Notes: a model not told the origin generated them from the sequence alone. 64,000 nt of DNA from Alphaproteobacteria bacterium (GCA_965248835.1 CBDFLJ010000001.1:736001-800000), one strand, 5' to 3'. Shown: positions 36,208 to 46,055, counted from the first letter of the stretch. Numbers and translations: made by a program.

Positions 36208-38877
36208 CTAGAACTTCACCGTGATACCGGCATTGACGCCGTGATCGGCGCCGCCGCCGAACCGGCCCTTATAGGCGACGCCGAGGACGGCACTGTCCGA
36301 AAGGCCGGCCTCGATGCCGAGCTCGGCGACCAGGGCATCCTCGGCGGTCGGAGCGCCCGTGGCCGTGAACGGGTCGGCACTGCCCTGCATCACGACGGTC
36401 GACGACGGGTCGGTATCGCCGAAGGCATGCCGCCAGCCCGCCATGCCGCGTACACGGACCGTGTCCAACAGCGCCATCGCGCCGCGCATGCCGAGCGTCG
36501 TGAACGTCGTGCTGTCGCTACCCGACGATGATGTCAGGGCCGCGTCGCCGCCGCTCTCGCTGAAGCCGTCCGTGTCGAGACTGGTATGGGACACGCCGGC
36601 AAAAGGCTCCAGCGTCAGGTCGCGGAACTGCATCCGGTGCCCGGCTTCGGCAAAGACCTGCCAGCTCGTTGCGTCGTAGCTGGCCGACAGGTTCTGGATC
36701 TCGGAAACGCCGATGGGGGGGACCGACCGGCTGGCATCAATGGCGTGCCTGTTATAGACCGCGCCGAAGCTTAGGCGCGAAGCGCCGGCCTCGGCGCCGC
36801 CGTAAAGGCCGACCGACCATGTATCGACCGAAGCGGAGGACAACCGTGCACGCTGGCTCACATCCGTCCGGCTGTAGCCGCCGAGGACGCCGAAGCGCCC
36901 GCCTTCGCCCAGCGCACGGTCGATGCCGAAGACGACACCGTCCAGATCCGTGTCCATCCGCGCCGTGTCGGCGGTGGCATCGGTCTTGCCTGAGGCGCCG
37001 TAGCCGCTGATCCACAAGCCGCTGCGCTCATCGGCCAGCGATGGCCGATTGCCGGAAGCCACCGTCGATAACCGGGCGCCGGGATTGCCGAAGCGCGCGT
37101 TCATCCGGTTTTTGACGGCCGCGACCCGAGCCTGGCCGGTGTCCGCCAGCGCCCCTTTGAGGGACGCATGCAACTGATCCGTAAGCGCATCGAAGAAGGC
37201 GTTTGCCTGCGCCCTCGTGGCCAGGCCCAGAACCGCCTGTTTGAGGCTATTGCCCTCCGCCATGTTGTCGAAGGCGTTGCAGGCCCCCGCCCGCTGTCCG
37301 ACCGTTCCGGCATCGTCGCAGAATTTTTCTTCGGTTTTTCTTGCGGATACCAGAACCATCTCGAAAGTGTTATCGCCTTGTTCCACCTCATAATCCATGA
37401 ACAGCGTGTCGATCGCGTCGACACTGTCTGGACCTAGGCCCTGAATGGAGCCTTCCGTGGATTTCAGTATCGTATAGCGGCCTTTATAAGCGCCCACGAC
37501 TCTCACCGTGCCGCCATTTAGGGTGATCTTGCCGTTGACAATGAGCTGGTCATTTAGCTCTTTCAGGTCAATCGTAACGGTAAAAGTGCCCGCTTCCACA
37601 GTGCCGTTTTCGTCGGTTATGAAGTTTTCGAAATCGCCGGTGAGTTGGGTGATCTGCACGACGTTGGCACCGCCCGGCGACAAATTACCCGCATTGGCGA
37701 ACAGGTCTTCGTCGTCGCTGCCGAGAACCACCGAGGCGCCGGAATTGTACGTTGCGCCTGTGTGGTTGTTGAAGACATTGGTCTGTGCTCCTACACCGTC
37801 AACAAAATTAAGTTCGTGTGAAATCAGATTAATTGTACCGGGGGTCGTCAACATGCCGTAATTCTCGATCGTCTCGTTGTCTTCGCCCCCCACCACGTCA
37901 AAAATGCCGCCTCTGATCGTCACCGTATTATTGACCGTCAGAGTATTATTGACCGTATCGCTAGCAAGACTGGAAAACCAGATACCTTTCTCCCCGGAAC
38001 TTCTGATAGTTCCGCCATTCAGCGTAATGGCTATGTCGCCGCGCTCGCTACCTGTATTGATCCCGCTGCCGTTGCTGTCCCAGTTGGTGATATCGCCCTG
38101 CACGATAATCTCAATTTTGCCAGCGTTACTGGTAAATCCTGTGAGACCATCCCTGCTCCTGACGGTGATACCGCCTGTCAAAGTAATCTTGATATCGCTG
38201 TCATCATTGGAGACATATAACCCGCCACTTCCGGTAGTACCCCAGGTCTCGATGTTGCCATTCACCTCGACCGTAGTTTTGCCGCCACTTCCATTTACAG
38301 TGACTCCGTTGCTGTTATCGCTGATGGTGGTGATATCGCCATTCACGTCAACATCAACTGTGCCGCCCGTTCCACTTACACTGACTCCCTTGCTGGATGC
38401 GCCGTTGGTGGTGATATCGCCAGTCACGTCAACATCAATATTGCGGCTTCCTTCTACTTTGATCCCTTCTGCGCCAAAGCCGGAGGTGGTGATGTCGTGG
38501 CCGCCGGTATTGACGTTGAGGGTGACGGCCCCGTCGCCGGTAAACTCGATCCCTGTTGTCCCGTCGACCGGAGCGATATCGCCGTCCAGTTCATTGACAT
38601 AGAGCGTGGTGTAGGTGCCGGTCCCGCCGTCGACCTCCACACCGCCCGACAGGTCGCCCTTACAGGTCACCGTCGTGCCGTCGACGGTGCACTCATCCTC
38701 CGGCGCGATCGATTGCGCCTGTGCGGCGAGCCCGCCGCCGAAGAGCAGCGCCGCCGCGGCAGCCCACGGCAATAGCGCCCGGCATACTGTGCGGAAGCAC
38801 GAGACGGTCACGGCACCGCCGGCGCCGCGGCCTTCGCGGTCGCTCTCACCGCCGACCGCGCTACGTCTGTTTTGCAT
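36208..38877 (-). CDS. Autotransporter (type Va) adhesin-like protein 1
   Basis: Extended signal peptide (AQA-Q), GDITT beta-helix repeats, C-terminal barrel ending in F. Confidence 0.92.
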   Translation of the reverse strand: MQNRRSAVGGESDREGRGAGGAVTVSCFRTVCRALLPWAAAAALLFGGGLAAQAQSIAPEDECTVDGTTVTCKGDLSGGVEVDGGTGTYTTLYVNELDGDIAPVDGTTGIEFTGDGAVTLNVNTGGHDITTSGFGAEGIKVEGSRNIDVDVTGDITTNGASSKGVSVSGTGGTVDVDVNGDITTISDNSNGVTVNGSGGKTTVEVNGNIETWGTTGSGGLYVSNDDSDIKITLTGGITVRSRDGLTGFTSNAGKIEIIVQGDITNWDSNGSGINTGSERGDIAITLNGGTIRSSGEKGIWFSSLASDTVNNTLTVNNTVTIRGGIFDVVGGEDNETIENYGMLTTPGTINLISHELNFVDGVGAQTNVFNNHTGATYNSGASVVLGSDDEDLFANAGNLSPGGANVVQITQLTGDFENFITDENGTVEAGTFTVTIDLKELNDQLIVNGKITLNGGTVRVVGAYKGRYTILKSTEGSIQGLGPDSVDAIDTLFMDYEVEQGDNTFEMVLVSARKTEEKFCDDAGTVGQRAGACNAFDNMAEGNSLKQAVLGLATRAQANAFFDALTDQLHASLKGALADTGQARVAAVKNRMNARFGNPGARLSTVASGNRPSLADERSGLWISGYGASGKTDATADTARMDTDLDGVVFGIDRALGEGGRFGVLGGYSRTDVSQRARLSSASVDTWSVGLYGGAEAGASRLSFGAVYNRHAIDASRSVPPIGVSEIQNLSASYDATSWQVFAEAGHRMQFRDLTLEPFAGVSHTSLDTDGFSESGGDAALTSSSGSDSTTFTTLGMRGAMALLDTVRVRGMAGWRHAFGDTDPSSTVVMQGSADPFTATGAPTAEDALVAELGIEAGLSDSAVLGVAYKGRFGGGADHGVNAGITVKF

Positions 38878-38947
38878 GGAAGCTCCGCCCCGGAAGCCCG
38901 CTGCTCCGCGTCCGAAAAAATCACGCCCCCGAGATTCGTCTGATTCC

Positions 38948-38976
38948 AGGCTAACAGCCGTCTACCCCGCGTGCAA
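38948..38976 (-). promoter_or_regulatory. Candidate sigma70 promoter of autotransporter 1
   Basis: TTGCAC-17 nt-TAGCCT with extended -10 TG; identical boxes upstream of the paralog. Confidence 0.65.
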
Positions 38977-39094
38977 CGATATGGCGGGCGTGGGGCAACT
39001 TGGTCGGGTCCCGCCGCACGCGGGTCCGCACCGGGATGCGGCGCGGGCGCTTTCGATCGTCATCGCCCGCTTGCGGCCGGGGCGACCGGTCCGG

Positions 39095-42000
39095 CTAGAA
39101 CGTCACCCTAAGGCCGGCGTTGAAGCCGTGATCGGCGGCGCCGCCGCCATAGCGGCCCTTGTAGGCGACGCCGAGGACGGCAGTGTCCGACAGTTCGGTC
39201 TCGATGCCGAGCTCGATATCCAGGGCATCCTCGGCGGTCGGAGCGCCCGTGACCGTGAATGGGCTGCCCGCCATCGAGTGGGTCGACGACGGGTCCGTAT
39301 CGCCGAAGGCATGGCGCCAGCCCACCATGCTGCGTATACGGACCGTGTCATCCATCTGTACCGCGCTGCGCAGGCCGAGCGTCGCGAACATCATGTGGTC
39401 GATATCCGACGATGATGTCAGGGCCGCATCGCCGCCGCTCTCGCTGAAGCCGTCCGTATCGAGATGGATCGAGGACACGCCGGCGAAGGGCTCCACCATC
39501 CGGTCGCGGGACCGCACCCGGTATCCGGCTTCGGCAAAGACCTGCCAGCTCCTTGCGTCGTAGCGCGCCGACAGGTTCTGGATCTCGGAAAGGCCGATGG
39601 AGAGGACCGACCGGCGGGAGTCTACGGCATGCCCGTTATAGACCGCGCCGAAGCTGAGGCGCGCAGCGCCGGACTCGGCGGCGCCGTAAAGACCGGCGGA
39701 CCATGTATCGACCGAGCCGGAGGACAACAGTGCACGCTGGCTCACATCCGTCCGGCTGTAGCCGCCGAGGACGCCGAGGCGCCAGCGCTCGCCCAGCGCA
39801 CCCTCGATGCCGAAGACGACACCGTCCAGGTCCGTGTCCATCCGCGCGGTGCCGGCGGTGGCATCGGTCTCGCTCCGCGAGCGGTAGCCGGTGACCCACA
39901 AGCCGCTGCTTCCGTCGGCCGGCGATGGCGGAGTCCCGGAGGCCGCCGTCGATGCCTGTGCGCCGGGATTGCCGAAGCGCGCCGCCATGCGGCTTTTGAC
40001 GGCCGCGACCTGCCTTTGGCCGGTGCCCATCAGAGCCCCCTTGAGGGACGCATGCACCTCGCCCGACCGCGCATCATAGGCGGCCCGTATATCCTCCTCC
40101 GAGCTCGCGGCCATGACATCCAACGCGGTCGCATTGGCGGCCGGCAGGCTGTCGAGGGCGTTCGCCACCGCCCGCTGGTTGGCCGTTTCGGCAAATTCGC
40201 CGAAGGTGACGCCCTGCTTTCTTGCGGCAATCAATTCCACATAGTCGACATCGTTGCCGACATCGTCGTCGTCGAGATAGTTCAGCTCAAAGTCCATGAA
40301 CAATGTGTCGATCACTTCATTGCAAATTCGTTTTCGGTGAGGGTGTAGGCGCGCTGGGACGTCCAGGATCTTATAGGTGCCGCTATCCCTGTAAGCGCCC
40401 ACGACTCTCACCGTGCCGTCAAGGCTGGCGCTGTCGGTGACAATGAGCAGGTCGCTTCCCGTATTGTCGATCGTGACGGTAAAAGTGCCCTTTGCCTCAA
40501 TGTTCTGTTCGTTGCTCATGAAGTTTTGGAAATTGCCCGTCAGAGTGGTGGTCCTGCACGGCGCATTCGCACCGCCCGGCGACAAATCGCCCTCGTTGGT
40601 GAAGCGTATTGCCGGAACCGAGAAACACCGCGGTGCCGGAATTGAAAGTTGCGCCCGCCATGGTTGTTGAAGGCGTTGGCCCCTGTACCCAGATCGATGC
40701 GTGCCGGGGGTCGTCAACGTGCCGTAATTGTCGATCGTCTCGTGTTTGTCGCCCCCCAGCACGTCGTCAAATCGTTGTAAAATGCCGTCACTGAGTCGAA
40801 TCATTTTGCCGCCGCGGACCGTCACAGGACCCAAGATCGTCAGCGTATTGGTCGCACCACTACTAATTTCGATGCCTGCGTCCTGGACACTGGTGATGGT
40901 CCCGCCATGCAGCGTGATGCTGATGGCGCCATTGGATTGTGCATAGATCCCTTGGCTGTTATCGCCCGAGGCGGTGATGTCGCCCGTCACGTTAATCTCA
41001 ACAACAGCAGAGCTGTTAGGATTATCGGTACCGCTATCGTTATCGGAGTATACATAGATCCCGGTGCTGTTATCGCCCGAAGTGGTGATGTCGCCCGTAA
41101 AGTCAACCGTCACAGCGCCATTGCCATAGGATCGTGCATAGATCCCCGCGCTCTCCTCGCCCGAGGTGGTGATAGTACTGCCGTTCTTCATTTTAACCGT
41201 TATATCGCCTTTGCCATAGGATTCTGCATAGATCCCCGCGCTCTCCTCGCCCGAGGTGGTGATAGCGCCCGTCACTACCGTAATATCAATATTGCCGGCG
41301 CTGTTCTCGTCGTCGATAGACGCAGAAATCCCTCCGCTTTTGTTTTTCGTGGTGGTGATATCGCCCTCCAGGTCAACCGTCACATCGCCGTCGGAAGCTG
41401 CAGAGATCCCGTCGCTTTCTTTGCCATAGGTGGTGATATCGCCCGTCATTGTAACCGTCACATCGCCGTCGCCCCTGGAATCTGCAGAGATCCCGTAGCT
41501 GTTCTCGTCCGAAGTGGTGATATCGCCCGTCATTGTAACCGTCACATCGCCGTCGCCCCTGGAATCTGCAGAGATCCCTTCGCTGTCCTTGCCCGAGGTA
41601 TTGATATTGCCCGTCACTGTAACCGTCACAGTGCCGGTGCCCCTGGATTCTGCTGCGATCCCGTTGCTGTGCCTCTCGCCCAAGGTGTTGATATTACCAT
41701 CCACTGTAACCATCACATCGCCGTCGCCGTCGGCATTGGATAGTGCAAAGATTCCGTCGGCGCTAATGCCCTCGGTGGTGATATTGCTGCCCTTCTTCAT
41801 GTTAACCGTCACAGCGCCATCGGAATTTGCATAGATCCCCCGGCTCCTTTGCTTGGCTTTGATATTGCCCGTAAATGTAACCGTCACAGCGCCGTCGTCG
41901 CCGCCATCGCCACCGGACTTTGCATAGATCCCTGCGCTGCTGGTAGTACCGAGCCCGGAAATCTCGTCGGGATCGCCCTCGGTTTCGATATCGCCCGTCA

Positions 42001-42586
42001 CATTAACCGTCACAACGCCGTCGTCCTCGGATCTTGCATAGACCCCTTCGCTGCACTCCTGGTTATCACTTGTGTCGCAAAGACCTTTGGCGGTGATCTT
42101 GCCCGTCACTGTAACCGTCACATCGCCAGCGGATCTTGCAGAGACTCCTCTGGCGTTAGTGCCCTTGGTGGTGATGCCGTTGGCACCGGTATCGACGGTG
42201 AGGGTGATGTCGGTATTACCGTAGGTGTCAGTGTCTTCGTTATGGGTATCAAAATTGATCCCGCTTGTCCCTGCCTCCGGAGCGATATCGCCGTTCAGAG
42301 TATTGACTTCGAGCGTGTTGTAGGTGTCGTCCGGACTATTGACCTTCACACCACCGGACAGGTTGCCGGTACAGGTCACCGTCGTGCCGTCAACGGTGCA
42401 CTTGTCCGCCGGCGTAATCGACTGCGCCTGCGCAGCGAGCCCGCCGCCGAGGAGCATCGCAGCCGCAACGGCCCAAGGCAGAAGCACGCGGCATATTGTG
42501 CGGGAACGCGAGACGCTCACCGCACCGTCCGCGCCACAGTCTTCGCGATCGCTCTCACTGTTGATCGCGCAACGCTTGTTTTGCAT
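39095..42586 (-). CDS. Autotransporter (type Va) adhesin-like protein 2
   Basis: Leader and barrel closely similar to paralog 1; longer repeat passenger; compensating frameshifts near 40320-40700. Confidence 0.9.
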   Translation of the reverse strand: MQNKRCAINSESDREDCGADGAVSVSRSRTICRVLLPWAVAAAMLLGGGLAAQAQSITPADKCTVDGTTVTCTGNLSGGVKVNSPDDTYNTLEVNTLNGDIAPEAGTSGINFDTHNEDTDTYGNTDITLTVDTGANGITTKGTNARGVSARSAGDVTVTVTGKITAKGLCDTSDNQECSEGVYARSEDDGVVTVNVTGDIETEGDPDEISGLGTTSSAGIYAKSGGDGGDDGAVTVTFTGNIKAKQRSRGIYANSDGAVTVNMKKGSNITTEGISADGIFALSNADGDGDVMVTVDGNINTLGERHSNGIAAESRGTGTVTVTVTGNINTSGKDSEGISADSRGDGDVTVTMTGDITTSDENSYGISADSRGDGDVTVTMTGDITTYGKESDGISAASDGDVTVDLEGDITTTKNKSGGISASIDDENSAGNIDITVVTGAITTSGEESAGIYAESYGKGDITVKMKNGSTITTSGEESAGIYARSYGNGAVTVDFTGDITTSGDNSTGIYVYSDNDSGTDNPNSSAVVEINVTGDITASGDNSQGIYAQSNGAISITLHGGTITSVQDAGIEISSGATNTLTILGPVTVRGGKMIRLSDGILQRFDDVLGGDKHETIDNYGTLTTPGTHRSGYRGQRLQQPWRAQLSIPAPRCFSVPAIRFTNEGDLSPGGANAPCRTTTLTGNFQNFMSNEQNIEAKGTFTVTIDNTGSDLLIVTDSASLDGTVRVVGAYRDSGTYKILDVPARLHPHRKRICNEVIDTLFMDFELNYLDDDDVGNDVDYVELIAARKQGVTFGEFAETANQRAVANALDSLPAANATALDVMAASSEEDIRAAYDARSGEVHASLKGALMGTGQRQVAAVKSRMAARFGNPGAQASTAASGTPPSPADGSSGLWVTGYRSRSETDATAGTARMDTDLDGVVFGIEGALGERWRLGVLGGYSRTDVSQRALLSSGSVDTWSAGLYGAAESGAARLSFGAVYNGHAVDSRRSVLSIGLSEIQNLSARYDARSWQVFAEAGYRVRSRDRMVEPFAGVSSIHLDTDGFSESGGDAALTSSSDIDHMMFATLGLRSAVQMDDTVRIRSMVGWRHAFGDTDPSSTHSMAGSPFTVTGAPTAEDALDIELGIETELSDTAVLGVAYKGRYGGGAADHGFNAGLRVTF
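41135..41265 (-). repeat. Intragenic direct repeat, 41 bp x2 (90-bp period)
   Basis: tgcatagatccccgcgctctcctcgcccgaggtggtgatag at 41135 and 41225. Confidence 0.85.
41430..41578 (-). repeat. Intragenic direct repeat, 65 bp x2 (84-bp / 28-aa period)
   Basis: gtggtgatatcgcccgtcattgtaaccgtcacatcgccgtcgcccctggaatctgcagagatccc at 41430 and 41514. Confidence 0.88.
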
Positions 42587-42662
42587 GAAGGATCTGCTCC
42601 CGCCAAGACCCGTCGCCCCCGCAGCCGAAAAATCACGGCGCCGCCGAGATTCACGTCGTTCC

Positions 42663-42691
42663 AGGCTAACAACCGCTTATGCCTCGTGCAA
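42663..42691 (-). promoter_or_regulatory. Candidate sigma70 promoter of autotransporter 2
   Basis: TTGCAC-17 nt-TAGCCT, same boxes as 38948-38976. Confidence 0.65.
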
Positions 42692-42719
42692 CCGCATCGG
42701 GGGTATTCGCCGGGCGATC

Positions 42720-43000
42720 GCCGCCGTCCAACGCAGCACGCGCCGACCTGCGGTCGGTCACCGTGTCATGGTTCAGCCGGATCCCGGTGCTGCGGACCGC
42801 CTCCAGGCGGCCGGGGTCCGTGGCGAGCGGGGTTCTCGATGTCGTAATCGCCGTCCCGGATAGCATCCTGGATCGCGGGCAGGCTCGCGAAGGCGTCGCC
42901 CTCCTCGACGGCATCGTGGCGGCGGTAGCGGACATCGGCGTCATAGCGGAGGTCGAGGCCGACGGTCAGGCTGCCGCGGCGCGGGACACGATCCGACATC
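42720..43000 (-). pseudogene. Frameshifted gene fragment, possibly from a TonB-dependent receptor
   Basis: GLDLRYDADVRYRRHD...IQDAIRDGDYDIENP / (+1) LATDP.RLEAVRSTGIRLNHDTVTD; no start or terminal context; family assignment from recall only. Confidence 0.35.
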
Positions 43001-43146
43001 CGGCAGCACGACCGTTCGCGAACCGGGCGAAGCCGGCCGGGATTCCGGGGCGCCGAAGCGCCGTAACGCGCCGGGCAGGGTGCCGTGTCGTTGCGATGCG
43101 AAGCTGCGTGGCGGCGCATGCTGCCGCGAAGCGCTGCCCGGGCGGG

Positions 43147-43389
43147 TCAGCGCCCTATCGAGACCGGCGGCTGTCGGATGGAGACCAGGTCCGGCGCGGG
43201 CCCGGCAAGGGCGGTCGCATGCTCGCGCAGGACGCAGACATGGGTTCGCCGGCCGGCCGCCTCGTTCTCCAGAACCGCCTGCATGCTGCAGGTCGGCGGT
43301 GAGGAAAGGCTTTGCGACGTCCTCATCGCGAAGACCGAGCCGTCGTCCAGCGCGAACAGCACGATCAGCACATAGGGCAGGGATGTCAT
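43147..43389 (-). CDS. Small hypothetical protein (80 aa)
   Basis: AGGGGG RBS-like sequence; hydrophobic N-terminus YVLIVLFAL; two Cys. Confidence 0.45.
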   Translation of the reverse strand: MTSLPYVLIVLFALDDGSVFAMRTSQSLSSPPTCSMQAVLENEAAGRRTHVCVLREHATALAGPAPDLVSIRQPPVSIGR

Positions 43390-43443
43390 CTCATCGCCCC
43401 CTGCCAAACGATCCGGGCGATCCATGGCGCGCCCCTGGTGCGG

Positions 43444-43641
43444 TCAGCCGGAGCGATGCGGTGCCGCATCCTTGCGCGCGAACCGCCGCCCGGCCGCTGT
43501 CGAATAGATCCGCCGCGGCAGACGGGCGGATCGGAGCGCGAACGCGGCGATCGCCTTTACCGTGTTCGGCCGCCTCACGCGCCGGCCGGGGCGCAGCGCG
43601 TCCTGCAGAATCGCATTGAAGTAGATCGACAGAGCGTCCAT
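43444..43641 (-). CDS. Small basic hypothetical protein (65 aa)
   Basis: Strong AAGGAGG RBS before ATG (MDALSIYFNAILQDAL...). Confidence 0.5.
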   Translation of the reverse strand: MDALSIYFNAILQDALRPGRRVRRPNTVKAIAAFALRSARLPRRIYSTAAGRRFARKDAAPHRSG

Positions 43642-43722
43642 CGGGAGCCCTCCTTCGAGACCGTATCGGCGTGCAAGGCCGGCCCGAACGTACGCACGTC
43701 GTGCGCATAGCTCCTGTTTATC

Positions 43723-43751
43723 CGCACCTGGTGCGCTTTTCAAGTTGAAAA
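43723..43751. promoter_or_regulatory. Two adjacent palindromes, candidate operators
   Basis: CGCACC-T-GGTGCG and TTTTCAA-G-TTGAAAA in an AT-richer divergent intergenic region. Confidence 0.5.
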
Positions 43752-43873
43752 ACGGCCGTCTTGGCAATTAACATGAGCGGTGTGCCGATTCAGGCTGCCA
43801 ACGATAACGCCCCCGACAGGAGGCTTGGGTGAGGAGCCCTGAAAACGCTTTGCGGTCGGGCGGCGGCGGGCGC

Positions 43874-44170
43874 ATGACACCGGCCGCCTTCAAGCGGTGG
43901 CGCAAATCCTTGAGACTGTCGCAGAAAGAAGCCGCGCACGCCCTCGGCCTCAAGCGGCGCATTCTCCAGTATTACGAGAAGGGTGAGCGGGACGGCCATC
44001 CGGTCGCGATCCCCAAGACCGTTCGGCTCGCCTGCTACGCGATCGCGCAGGGATGCCAGGACTACGCCGGACCCGCGGAAACGTCGGACGGGCGGGAAGC
44101 CGGTCGCGAGACCAAGCCCGCCAAGCCCGCCAAGCCCACCAAGCCCCGCGCCACGGCCGAGCCGGGGTGA
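43874..44170 (+). CDS. XRE-family helix-turn-helix protein
   Basis: FKRWRKSLRLSQKEAAHALGLKRRILQYYEKG...IPKTVRLAC. Confidence 0.85.
   Translation: MTPAAFKRWRKSLRLSQKEAAHALGLKRRILQYYEKGERDGHPVAIPKTVRLACYAIAQGCQDYAGPAETSDGREAGRETKPAKPAKPTKPRATAEPG
44112..44147 (+). repeat. 9-bp tandem repeat x4 (encodes KPA/KPT)
   Basis: ccaagcccg ccaagcccg ccaagccca ccaagcccc. Confidence 0.8.
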
Positions 44171-44231
44171 GTGCGGCGATCAGGCCATTTCGTTCAATCA
44201 GGCCCTGGGCCTCGCCGTCGTCGTGACCTCG

Positions 44232-45218
44232 ATGGCTCTTGATAGCGCGCAATTCTTGGACGGGACTGCCGATGCGGGGCCAGGCGATCGGGCGTCCGCC
44301 ACGCGGGCCTCCCGGTTGCCGCCGCTTCCTTGCAAAGCGGCGCGGGACCGCCTCGACGACCGGTTCAAGACCGTGACGGCGTTCAACGAGATCGTCCGCG
44401 GCGCGCTGGAGCAGCTTTACCTGAACGAGGCGCCGACGCTGCGCGGCGATCCGGGAGGTCTTCATCAAACACGCGTCGCATTCAGACGATTGCGGGCGGC
44501 GCTGCGCGCGTTCAAGACCTTGCTGCGCTATGACGGCAGGAAGGCGTTCAACGGGGAGTTTCGATGGTTTCAGCAGCGGCTCAGCCCGGCCCGGGACTGG
44601 CACGTCTTTGTCGATGAAACATACCCGAAGATCGTGTCGTCGGCGCACGATCGCACCCGACTCCGAGAGGTCGAGGCCGCGGCCCGCCGCGCCGGACGCA
44701 TGGCGAATCGGGGCGCGATCGATGTCTTGCGGAGCCGGCGCTACACCCGTTTGATCCTGCGGTTCGAGGCGTGGCTCGAAGGCCTTCCGGCCACGTTCGA
44801 CACCCGGGCGGGCAACAAGCCGGTCACGAAATTTGCCAGATCGGTCCTGCGAAAGACGCGGCGAGACCTGTTCGCCCTGACCCGATCGGTTTCGCGCCTG
44901 TCCGACGATCAGGCGCATGCCGTGCGAATTCGCGGCAAGAAGGCGCGATACGGGGCCGAGTTCTTCAGCCAGCTCTTCCGGCCGGACGAAGCCAGACCCT
45001 ATATTAAATCGCTGCAGAGGCTGCAGGACAAGCTGGGCGATGCGAACGATGCGGCGGTCGCCCGTCACCTGATGTCCCGGCTGGGGCCCGGCGAAATCGA
45101 TCCGCAGGCGCTGATCATCGTCGACCGCTGGGCCGAGCAACGCAAGCGCAGCGCATTGCGGGCCGCGCAGCCCAGTTGGCGCGCCCTCGCGAGGTCGGCG
45201 CCGTTTTGGGAGGAATGA
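44232..45218 (+). CDS. CHAD domain protein
   Basis: LHQTRVAFRRLRAAL, RDWHV, HAVRIRGKKARY, LQDKLG..ND. Confidence 0.88.
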   Translation: MALDSAQFLDGTADAGPGDRASATRASRLPPLPCKAARDRLDDRFKTVTAFNEIVRGALEQLYLNEAPTLRGDPGGLHQTRVAFRRLRAALRAFKTLLRYDGRKAFNGEFRWFQQRLSPARDWHVFVDETYPKIVSSAHDRTRLREVEAAARRAGRMANRGAIDVLRSRRYTRLILRFEAWLEGLPATFDTRAGNKPVTKFARSVLRKTRRDLFALTRSVSRLSDDQAHAVRIRGKKARYGAEFFSQLFRPDEARPYIKSLQRLQDKLGDANDAAVARHLMSRLGPGEIDPQALIIVDRWAEQRKRSALRAAQPSWRALARSAPFWEE

Positions 45219-45317
45219 TCCCGGCTGTCCCGCGCGAACGCCGGGCGCTGCCCCATCGTTGCGCCGGGCTGTTATAGTCGCCCGCAAAGACGACCGACAA
45301 CATCGGGGGAGGATCGG

Positions 45318-46055
45318 ATGCCGGGCTTCGAGACCACGATCGCCGCCAGCGGCGGCAGCGCCGCGTTCGACACCTACATCGCCCTGCCCGATTCCGGCCC
45401 CGGCCCGGGCGTGATCATCATGTGCTCGGTCTACGGCGTGACCGAGGACGTCAGGGCGATGGCCGACGAGATGGCCGCCAGGGGCTTCGCGGCCGCGGCG
45501 CCGGATCTGTTCTGGCGCGGCGATGCGGGCCCGCTGGGCCGCGACGAGGACGGCATGCGCCGGGCCAAGGCGCGCGGCGGCGACCGCGCGGCGATCATCG
45601 AGCGCGGCATGGCCGATCTCGCCGACACCATGGCCGACCTCAAGGCGCGGCCGGAATGCAACGGGCGGATCGCGGTGATCGGGCTGTGCTACGGCGGGCC
45701 TTATGCCATCCTGGGCCCCGCCCGGCTCGGCTGCGCGGCCGGCCTCGCCTTCCACGGCACCAGGGTCCAGGACTATCTCGACCGGCTCGATGCGGTGGAC
45801 GTCCCGCTGAGTCTGCACTGGGGCGATCAGGACCATGCCGCACCGCCCGCGGACCTCGCCCGGATCCAAGCCGCCGTTGCCGGCAAGGACAACGCCGAGG
45901 TCGTCGTCTACCCCGGGGTCAAGCACGGCTACAGCGAGCCCGAGGCGGTGGAGTCCTATGACGCCGATGCGACCGAGCGGTCGTTCGCGCGGGCCTATGA
46001 GATCATCGCAAGGTTGCGCGGAGCGGGCGAGAGCCTGGCCGGCGCGGCGCAATAG
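45318..46055 (+). CDS. Dienelactone hydrolase family
   Basis: APDLFWR, GLCYGG nucleophile, D.D, YPGVKHGY. Confidence 0.9.
   Translation: MPGFETTIAASGGSAAFDTYIALPDSGPGPGVIIMCSVYGVTEDVRAMADEMAARGFAAAAPDLFWRGDAGPLGRDEDGMRRAKARGGDRAAIIERGMADLADTMADLKARPECNGRIAVIGLCYGGPYAILGPARLGCAAGLAFHGTRVQDYLDRLDAVDVPLSLHWGDQDHAAPPADLARIQAAVAGKDNAEVVVYPGVKHGYSEPEAVESYDADATERSFARAYEIIARLRGAGESLAGAAQ

Noticed and set aside
36208-42586. Diversity-generating retroelement or CRISPR explanation for the repeats
   Set aside because: No reverse transcriptase or cas genes; repeats are in-frame coding units without repeat-spacer structure or evident adenine-specific variation
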